Shown here: positions 15,675-22,838 of the stretch, in pieces
Position numbering within the stretch: position 1 is the stretch's first letter
How the letters are laid out: every line of letters begins with the position of its first letter
Origin: an uncultured Tepidisphaeraceae bacterium
GTDB taxonomy: Bacteria > Planctomycetota > Phycisphaerae > Tepidisphaerales > Tepidisphaeraceae
Direction: 5' to 3'
Length of the DNA stretch: 25,229 nt
NCBI GenBank assembly: GCA_964433485.1
Contig: CAYSSA010000002.1
Location: 6,661 to 31,889, forward strand
Program-made: the position numbers and the translations under genes
Notes under the pieces: generated by a model
What the model was told of the DNA's origin: nothing
Databases searched by the model: none
The model's input: only the letters and a program-made list of their open reading frames with translations

Positions 15675-16917
15675 GTGATCGTCCTTTCGTCGCCGCCCGC
15701 GTTTCCAGGGCGTGCTGGGTCGCCAAGATTTCCTGGCGCAGAGTCTCGGGATCGGGAAGTTGGGTGAGGTATTTGGACGCGAACACCTGGGCGCGAATCC
15801 CGCCCATCGCGTACTTCACCACCGCGTCCTCTTTGTCGCTGCACAGAATGATGCCGATCGGGTCGTTCTCGCCGGCCATCGTCAAATGTTCTTTAACGTA
15901 GGTGAGGTACAGGCTCATCTGCCCGGCGTCGGCATGGTTGAACGACCCTCGCTTCAGGTCGAGCACCACCAGGCAGCGCAGCACGCGGTGGTACAGCAGC
16001 AGGTCGATGCGATACCACTGGCTGCCCACGCGAATCCGCTTCTGCCGCGCCACAAAGGTGAACCCGGCCCCCAGTTCCAGCAGAAACCATTCTAGGTGCC
16101 GAATGAGCGCATCCTCCAGTTCGCTCTCGCTGTACTCGTCCTTGAGATCGAGGAACTCCAGCAGGTACGGGTCGCGCACCTCATCCTGGGCCGACACTGC
16201 ATCCTCCGGCCGCGCAATCTGTCCGCGGGCCAGCATGGCGGCTTGCTGTTTGGAATGCGACGTGCGCTCAAAAAACTGTGTGCCAATCTGCCGGTCCAAC
16301 TGCCGCACCGACCAGCCTCCGCGGATCGCCTCGCTCTCATAAAAGACGCGGGCGTGCGGCTTCTCCACCGCCATCAATCGCACGTAATGCGACCAGGACA
16401 GTGGGAACGCGCCGGCAATCGCCATAAAGCCGGATTCGGCGGACACCGTCTGCAACATTCTCGACGGTGTCGAGACAATGATACCGCCTGATTCCGCCGA
16501 CGGTGTCGGCAGAATACCACCCCCGGATTCGCTCGACAGCGCCGAGCATTTTGCCCTCGCCTCGAATTGTCTCGACGGTGTCGAGACAATTTCCCATGCG
16601 AGATAGAACGCCCGCATCCGTGCCACGTTCGGCCTGGAGAACCCTCTCCCGTGCCTCGTTGTCAGGTCTGCCGAAAGGCGTTCCAGCAGCTTCTCCCCGT
16701 ACTCGGATGTTGCCTTCCCGCCTTGTTCATGCTCCACGATCCGCCGGCCGATTTCCCAATAGGTCGCGGTCAGGATCGCGTTGACCGACCGGGCAACACC
16801 TCGGCGAGCCTGCTCCAGCAAGCCGGATATGCCGGTGAGCAACTGGCCATAGTCGCCGGCCCGCGCGACGATGCTCGTCGTAACAGGCCGCTTCTTCTTG
16901 GACGTGCTTCGTCTCAT
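15667..16917 (-). CDS. yhcG: YhcG/DUF1016-family PD-(D/E)XK nuclease
   Basis: TATYWEIGRRIVEHEQGG, GRGFSRPN, LSWSHY, WSVRQLDRQI, RDPYLLEFL, LLELGAGFTFVARQKR, IDLLLYHR, VVLDLK, DAGQMSLY, PIGIILC. ATGA overlap with the methylase stop. Confidence 0.93.
   Translation of the reverse strand: MRRSTSKKKRPVTTSIVARAGDYGQLLTGISGLLEQARRGVARSVNAILTATYWEIGRRIVEHEQGGKATSEYGEKLLERLSADLTTRHGRGFSRPNVARMRAFYLAWEIVSTPSRQFEARAKCSALSSESGGGILPTPSAESGGIIVSTPSRMLQTVSAESGFMAIAGAFPLSWSHYVRLMAVEKPHARVFYESEAIRGGWSVRQLDRQIGTQFFERTSHSKQQAAMLARGQIARPEDAVSAQDEVRDPYLLEFLDLKDEYSESELEDALIRHLEWFLLELGAGFTFVARQKRIRVGSQWYRIDLLLYHRVLRCLVVLDLKRGSFNHADAGQMSLYLTYVKEHLTMAGENDPIGIILCSDKEDAVVKYAMGGIRAQVFASKYLTQLPDPETLRQEILATQHALETRAATKGRSHG
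16432..16591 (-). repeat. Five ~25-27 nt palindromic units with a GAC-NNN-GTC core, in frame within yhcG
   Basis: Units at about 16565-16591 (perfect 12-bp inverted repeat), 16527-16551, 16491-16515, 16456-16480 and 16432-16455. They encode IVSTPSRQF, KCSALSSES, ILPTPSAES, IVSTPSRM and MLQTVSAES. Confidence 0.85.
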
Positions 16918-19900
16918 GCTTCACCCGCTTCTGGTATGCCCGGCAGCATCGGCCCCTGTTCCTTGACAGCGCCCTTGGCGCCGATGTGATTGCTGATGCT
17001 CTCCAGCAGCGAACGCTCGCTGTTGGTGGACAGTTCGATGAGGGACTGCACGACGCGCTTGAACAACTCGTTCCGCCGCAGTGCATGCTGATCAAGGTAT
17101 CCATCGACCTTCTGCACATCGCCTTCTTTCCACAAGTGCATCACACGGTGGATGCGGTCGATTAGCGGCACGGCCTTGCCGGCTGGGGCTTCGTAGCCAA
17201 TGCTCTTGCCACGTCGCTGGTTCCACGCTTTTAGCTTCACCTTTCCGCCGCCACCGGCATCGCCTTCATCCGCGTCAGCATCGACGTCGTCGTCACCTTC
17301 GGTATCGGCGGCATCAACATCGGCATCGGCGGCATCTTCATCAGCGCCGGCGTGCGCGATGATCTCCCATGTACGATCGAGATCGCTGTCGGTGAGGCCA
17401 CAGGCGGTAGCGTAGAGGATGCACGCGCCCGCTGGCGCATCATCCATTCCGAAGTCATGGCGGTGCAGCAGGTAATAGGCTGTCACCTCATCCAAACGGT
17501 CGGCGGCGGCCAAGTCGGAGCCTTTCTCGCCGGTCAGCACCTGGCCGACGACATAGTCCACCACCATTCGCCGGACGTGGTTGAGAAATTCGCCGACGGT
17601 CATCGTGGCGTTGGGCTCGTTGGCCTTCCGCACGACGGGGTGTTTACTGTATGCCTCCAACGCCGGCCCGGTGGCCGCCCAGACGAAGTCCGGGCCACGT
17701 ATCCCCGCGTCCCAATACTCTCGCAGGCGATCCGCAATGTTGGCCTTCATCTCCTGCAGGACAGTATTGTCCCAGCCTGGGCGAGCCGTGGCCGGACGTT
17801 TTCTGCAAACGAGCCACACGGACGAGGCGAGAGCCGCGGAACCCAAGGAGCGAACGCGATTGCCCATTTCGGTCTGAATGGGCCACGACCCGTCCACTGT
17901 GAATCCAGCACGGATGATCGCCGAAACGAGCGTTTCCCAGGCATTCGGTTGCTTATTGGCGAAGACGATTACGAGGCGACCTTCGGGCTTTAGAGCTTGC
18001 GCACACGCAACGAATGCGCGGGCCATGCCATCTTCATATGCCTGCTTGCTCTTAGTGCCGTCCATCCCATGACGGCTGCAATCATCGATCAATTCACCGT
18101 CGTTGGCTTCGTGGTTCCACTTCGGTGAAAGAGGCGAGTTGAACGCAGTGTCGATAGCGGGTGACGCGCCTTGCAAAGACCTGCGTAACCACACATAGAA
18201 GAAGTCCATCAAGTCAGAGTATGGAATGGCATCGTAGTACGGCGGGTCGGTTAGGATGATGTCCAGCCCGTCGGACAAAGCTTGCGTGGCACTGCCGGAT
18301 TTCACGCATGGTGCGGGCTGTCGCTCGATAGCGGCGAGCGTCCGAGAAATGAATAGCGCAATCCATTCGATGGCGCCCAGATAACCACCGGACGTTTCGG
18401 AGGCAACTCCGACTTCAGTGAAGTCCCACACCATCGGCAAGGCGAACCTGCCGAAGGTATTCCGCATCTTCTCGCCACTATTATGCCAAGTACAAACGGC
18501 TGACCCGTAGTCTGCAAGGCGATCAGCGGCGATAGCCAGATACGCCTCAACGGCCTCGATCCATTCCGGCGGGTAACTATTGGCGGCAAGGACTTTGCCC
18601 GTTTGCCGTGTAGCCGACACCACGGTGCCCAAAGCTGTGAGTTGTCGGGCAGTAAATAGCTTTCGCCATCTGTCAAATCCGTATAGCGGCACGCGCATCC
18701 CGAGTGCGTCCTCGCTGGGCATTGGCTCCTCCGGGATGCCGAACGGCACATTGGCAAATGCCTGCTCAATCCGCTCCTGATCTGGCGTGGCGACCGCTAG
18801 CTCGAACTCGGTTGGTAGGCGGTATTCCTTCCCATCGGGGCCGTCCACGACGACGGCTGTCATGACACTGCCCAAACGGTTCGCCCGGCCTTCAGTGCGC
18901 ATATCCTCCATTGTCATGATGGCTGGGCAGCAAGGGCACTTGGCGCCGGCGCGGCTCATGGTGCCGGCGGCGATGCGTTTGTCGTGCTCGCGGCGCTGGG
19001 CCGCATTGCCGCCCTGGACAGGGACATTGGCCTGGATGCCGAACACGACCCGCTTGGTGCCCGACGGGTTGGGCACGACGGCTGCTGACGCCGATGATGC
19101 GAAATGGGCCGCCACCTTGGCGCGGACGGCTTCCGCCGTCTGCTCCATGTGTGGATCGATATCGCGCGCCTCCATCGTCAGCAGTACGCGCTTGCGGTCC
19201 TTCTTGCACAGCCACCGGGTCTTGAGCAGCGGTATTTGCGAGCGGCAATTTTTGCACGTGACCGTCCGCGCCCACAGATAGGCGACGGTCGGCTTGGCCA
19301 CCCATCGCGGGTTACGCCTGTCGGCAACGTAATCCTCTGTGAACTCGCCGTTCAACGAGTTGATGTCGGCGGTGCCATCGTCGGTCAGCGGAACCAGGCG
19401 CATGGGTTGGCGCTCATAGGCGACATGGTCTTTCTTTAGCGGTTCAAAATCGGCATAGGTGGGGTAAAGGCCGGCAAGTTCGCGGCGGGCATGGTCCAGC
19501 ACCCACTGGCCCCAGCCACGGATATGCCAAGCCAGATCGGCGTCGATGGCCATGTCGCCGCCGGCGATGTCGAGGCTCATCTGCTCCCCGTGTTCCAGCT
19601 TGTGGCCGAGTTGCTCCAGTCGCTTCTTCACTTGCGCTTTACTCAGGCCATGCGCTTTGAAGAAGGACTCCATGAACGTCTTATTGTTCAGGATGAACTT
19701 CGGCAGCGACCGCTTCTGCCCGGCCAACTTCTGCGGATACTCCAACGTGCATTTGAGGATGAACCACGCGACGGGGTTAATATCGACAGCCGTGGCCTCG
19801 CAACCCAGGCGCATCGCCTCAAACGGAATTGCGCCGCCGCCGGCGAACGGATCGAGCACCTTGGGGGCGCGGCCGCCGTAGGCTTTGCGAATTTCCTGAC

Positions 19901-20255
19901 GGAACCATTCGAGCGTGTCGGCGTTCTCGACTTCGCGACCCCAGTGAAGGATGCCGCCCTCGGTCTCCTCCTTGATCCGGTCTACGACCTGTCCGTTGGG
20001 CATCTTCTTCTTTTCGATCCGCTTGACGACCTTGCCGCCGATCTTCTCGCATAGTTCGCGGCGTTTCTCCGGATCGCCCGGGTCGGGAAGCAGCGTGGCG
20101 ATGAGCGCTGCCCGGCAAGCCGCCAGCGGCCGCCGCGCCGGCCAGATGTGAAGTGTCGAAATATGCCCGTGGCGGACTGCCTTCTCGTGGACAGAATCCA
20201 GCGAAGTCTGTTTCAGCGGGAATGCGTGTTCGATGAGTCGGGAAAAGTCAGTCAT
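16914..20255 (-). CDS. DUF1156-family DNA amino-methyltransferase (probably N6-adenine)
   Basis: DUF1156 signature GHISTLHIWPARRPLAACRA; motif I VLDPFAGGGAIP; motif IV ILTDPPYYD; CKNC and CPCC Zn-ribbon pairs; WPIQTE. Confidence 0.93.
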   Translation of the reverse strand: MTDFSRLIEHAFPLKQTSLDSVHEKAVRHGHISTLHIWPARRPLAACRAALIATLLPDPGDPEKRRELCEKIGGKVVKRIEKKKMPNGQVVDRIKEETEGGILHWGREVENADTLEWFRQEIRKAYGGRAPKVLDPFAGGGAIPFEAMRLGCEATAVDINPVAWFILKCTLEYPQKLAGQKRSLPKFILNNKTFMESFFKAHGLSKAQVKKRLEQLGHKLEHGEQMSLDIAGGDMAIDADLAWHIRGWGQWVLDHARRELAGLYPTYADFEPLKKDHVAYERQPMRLVPLTDDGTADINSLNGEFTEDYVADRRNPRWVAKPTVAYLWARTVTCKNCRSQIPLLKTRWLCKKDRKRVLLTMEARDIDPHMEQTAEAVRAKVAAHFASSASAAVVPNPSGTKRVVFGIQANVPVQGGNAAQRREHDKRIAAGTMSRAGAKCPCCPAIMTMEDMRTEGRANRLGSVMTAVVVDGPDGKEYRLPTEFELAVATPDQERIEQAFANVPFGIPEEPMPSEDALGMRVPLYGFDRWRKLFTARQLTALGTVVSATRQTGKVLAANSYPPEWIEAVEAYLAIAADRLADYGSAVCTWHNSGEKMRNTFGRFALPMVWDFTEVGVASETSGGYLGAIEWIALFISRTLAAIERQPAPCVKSGSATQALSDGLDIILTDPPYYDAIPYSDLMDFFYVWLRRSLQGASPAIDTAFNSPLSPKWNHEANDGELIDDCSRHGMDGTKSKQAYEDGMARAFVACAQALKPEGRLVIVFANKQPNAWETLVSAIIRAGFTVDGSWPIQTEMGNRVRSLGSAALASSVWLVCRKRPATARPGWDNTVLQEMKANIADRLREYWDAGIRGPDFVWAATGPALEAYSKHPVVRKANEPNATMTVGEFLNHVRRMVVDYVVGQVLTGEKGSDLAAADRLDEVTAYYLLHRHDFGMDDAPAGACILYATACGLTDSDLDRTWEIIAHAGADEDAADADVDAADTEGDDDVDADADEGDAGGGGKVKLKAWNQRRGKSIGYEAPAGKAVPLIDRIHRVMHLWKEGDVQKVDGYLDQHALRRNELFKRVVQSLIELSTNSERSLLESISNHIGAKGAVKEQGPMLPGIPEAGEA

Positions 20256-20260
20256 TTACG

Positions 20261-21190
20261 TCATCCTTGAGCGAGGGCAATCTCGCCAAAACTCCAAGAG
20301 CGACCGCCCTTCGTGCCGATTAGCAGGGGATTTTGCGGCGGAGCGATCGTCAACTTCACGTGCCCTTGTTTGCGTGTCGTGATCATCTTGTAATCCGCGT
20401 CGCCGACCTTGATGCCACGAACCGGATCCTGGCAGTATCGCGAGTCAACGTGAGGGTCTTTGGACACAACGGAGACCAAGACGACCGCGGGCTTGGCGAG
20501 GTTCAGGAGGTCAACGGAGTAGGCGGAGGCATGACCATGGTGAGGGGCCACCAAAATGTCGATTCCGGTCACGAACGGCCGCCAGGCGGCGCCGTATTGG
20601 CCAGTGTCCGCAATGATGGCTTCCCACGCCTCTTTTTCCAAATCGCCGCATAGGAGGATTGAGTTGCCATGCACGTCGATGCGAGTAACGACGCTGGCGT
20701 TGTTCACGCGACTGTTCGCTTGGCCGCCGACCTGCCTCGCCACCGTCACGGGCAAAGCCAATTCACGAATCACTACGCCGCCATAGTCTGGATAGCCGGT
20801 GGTCGTGAATGTACCCGCGAAGTGCGAAGCGAAGGCGTGTACTTCAGGCCACGAGTCATCGGTACTCGTTGAGCGGCAGTCCTCCAGGTACTCCTGGTCG
20901 AAATCGACGGTCTTGAGGAAATCCGGTCCGTACTCGAAGAGACGAGCATGGTCGGCCAGGTGATCACAATGCAGGTGACTGATGGTGCCCTTGAGAAACC
21001 TGAAGGGAGTGCGGATCATCAACTGCGCGTACGGCGAGGCCGATGCCGGCGTCTCGCGGCGTGCAATCCACTGGATCGGTGAAAACGTGGATGTGCAGCC
21101 TGCATCGAAGAGACACCAGCGGCCATTAGGCAAGCGCAGGCCAGCGCATTGCCCATGATCGACATTGAAGAGGAAGAATTCGGTATTCAC
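20261..21190 (-). CDS. ComEC/Rec2-type metallo-beta-lactamase-fold hydrolase (MBL-2, 309 aa)
   Basis: Start reassigned to GTG 21190 (GGAGG RBS; GTGA overlap with the upstream stop). Motifs: FNVDHGQC, FDAG, SHLHCDH, NNASVV, LLCGDLE, APHHG, VSV, TTRKQGHV. No signal peptide. Confidence 0.88.
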   Translation of the reverse strand: MNTEFFLFNVDHGQCAGLRLPNGRWCLFDAGCTSTFSPIQWIARRETPASASPYAQLMIRTPFRFLKGTISHLHCDHLADHARLFEYGPDFLKTVDFDQEYLEDCRSTSTDDSWPEVHAFASHFAGTFTTTGYPDYGGVVIRELALPVTVARQVGGQANSRVNNASVVTRIDVHGNSILLCGDLEKEAWEAIIADTGQYGAAWRPFVTGIDILVAPHHGHASAYSVDLLNLAKPAVVLVSVVSKDPHVDSRYCQDPVRGIKVGDADYKMITTRKQGHVKLTIAPPQNPLLIGTKGGRSWSFGEIALAQG

Positions 21191-21846
21191 GCCGGCCTCC
21201 CGTTGTTGGCAGCGGCCGGCAGCTGCAGGTACTGAACGAACACCTCGCGTGCATAGCGAACGGCAAACCGGTGCATGCGATAGATGGCGAGCGAAATGAG
21301 CACGGCGAGGATTACCTCCACCTTCCACGCCCGCCAATGCATGATTGCCGATGCAACCAGAAGCACAATCAAGCCGGCTGCAATGCCGCGGCAGAGTCCG
21401 TAGTTGCCATTGAAAATGTCAACGCGGTTGTTCTGCTTTGCCGCTTCCACGGCGGCGTAAACCTGCCGGGTGATTGCGTACCACTGCTTGGCAGTGGCGT
21501 TAGACAGAGCAAATGCTGGGTCGCTCACGCTCAAACGGACACGCCCTTCGAGCATCGTGCGCTGTGACGGAGCAATTATTTCGTGTTTGCCGCTGCGAAC
21601 CCAGTCCGTCGGCATCCCGCCCCAGAACCACCACCAGCCCGTCTCGACTGCATTGCCGATTGCTTGAAGAAGCTGCCCGGCAACATAGGCGAGAATCAAA
21701 CCGACGCCAAGGCTTCCAAGGGAAACACTGGAAATGGCGACCAGATCTTTGCTGTGGTCGGGGAAGAACAAGAGTACCAGGCCGACGATGAACACCATGC
21801 CTGGCGCGATGACGCCCGCCGTTCCGTAGAAATCGAACTCTTTCAT
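21187..21846 (-). CDS. Uncharacterised 4-TM membrane protein (219 aa; alternative TTG start at 21885)
   Basis: Hydrophobic segments: AGVIAPGMVFIVGLVLLFF, LGSLGVGLILAYVAGQLL, GIAAGLIVLLVASAIM, VEVILAVLISLAIY. Soluble middle loop; GAGG RBS before ATG 21846. Confidence 0.8.
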   Translation of the reverse strand: MKEFDFYGTAGVIAPGMVFIVGLVLLFFPDHSKDLVAISSVSLGSLGVGLILAYVAGQLLQAIGNAVETGWWWFWGGMPTDWVRSGKHEIIAPSQRTMLEGRVRLSVSDPAFALSNATAKQWYAITRQVYAAVEAAKQNNRVDIFNGNYGLCRGIAAGLIVLLVASAIMHWRAWKVEVILAVLISLAIYRMHRFAVRYAREVFVQYLQLPAAANNGRPA

Positions 21847-21881
21847 AACCGTACCTCGCTTCCATAGCCGCGTCATGTACC

Positions 21882-22838
21882 TCAACGGTCATACTGGGAA
21901 CGAATCGTCGGCTTTGCCGCGGCGTCATACGTGATCTCGATGTTTCCCTTCCAGCGGGTGGACCATACGTTCTCCGAGTGCTTCCGGTACTTGTCGGATG
22001 CGTCTGTTTCGGGTTTCTTGCCCACGGATACGATGGTGTATTGCGGCTTCATCAACTCGACGGCCCTATCGTGATAACCGGAATCACGGCCGTGGTGACT
22101 CGCCTTCAGGACTGTGCACTTCAATCCTGATCCGTACCGTTTCACGAGATCATCCCACACCACTTCTTCCGCATCACCGGCCAGGACGATTTTCACGCCG
22201 CCAAGGGTTACGCGCAGCACATAGCTCAGGTCGTTGACGTTGTCCGAATCTTGAATTGCCCGGAGGGTGGCGGGATTGGGGTGAAGGATGTCGATCCCGT
22301 CACCACCATCGACGCCGTCGGGGTCCTGATTCCAGAATGTGCCTTTGTCGCCACAGTATTTCCGAAGCACTTTGGGGGAGCCGTTGGGCGACCCGCGGAG
22401 CCGCTTGTACTCGTTCCACGATTTCCGGTCGGCATCGCTTGTGAGATCAGGAATGAATGTGTGGTCCGTGTCCCAGAAGTTCACAATGTCAATGTTGTGC
22501 GCCTTGAGTTGCTCAATGCCACTCAAATGGTCAAGGTGAGGATGCGTTTGAACATAGCGGAAGATGTCCTTGCCTGGGTAGTTCTTGCTGAGGAATTCAA
22601 TCGGGTTTGTCAGCTCGATGTCATAGCCGGCCTCCTTGACCATGCCGTAGCTGCGCTGGCCAAGAGCTTCGGCAAGCATCAATCGCATGTTGCCCTGTCG
22701 ATAATACTGACTGACTTCCGCGAGGGATTCGTGGTCTAACTCGGTGCAGTTGTTCACGTCAACGACCGTCAGTCGGCCGCTGGCGTGTTCGATAACGGTG
22801 CAGTCGCCATGCCCGACATTTAAGAAGGTAATCTTCAC
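21882..22838 (-). CDS. ComEC/Rec2-type metallo-beta-lactamase-fold hydrolase (MBL-1, 318 aa)
   Basis: Motifs: FLNVGHGDC, THPHLDH, NDLSYV, LAGDAE, KASHHG, VSVG, STRWKGNI. GTG start overlaps the helicase stop (GTGA), with a GAGGAGG RBS. Confidence 0.9.
   Translation of the reverse strand: MKITFLNVGHGDCTVIEHASGRLTVVDVNNCTELDHESLAEVSQYYRQGNMRLMLAEALGQRSYGMVKEAGYDIELTNPIEFLSKNYPGKDIFRYVQTHPHLDHLSGIEQLKAHNIDIVNFWDTDHTFIPDLTSDADRKSWNEYKRLRGSPNGSPKVLRKYCGDKGTFWNQDPDGVDGGDGIDILHPNPATLRAIQDSDNVNDLSYVLRVTLGGVKIVLAGDAEEVVWDDLVKRYGSGLKCTVLKASHHGRDSGYHDRAVELMKPQYTIVSVGKKPETDASDKYRKHSENVWSTRWKGNIEITYDAAAKPTIRSQYDR

Noticed and set aside
16432-16591. CRISPR-like or REP interpretation of the palindrome cluster
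   Set aside because: The units are degenerate, nearly abutting, lack unique ~30-nt spacers, lie in frame within a gene, and no cas genes are present.
17245-17350. Acidic tract in the methylase (DEDAADADVDAADTEGDDD...) as a DNA mimic
   Set aside because: More simply a low-complexity linker; no structural evidence.
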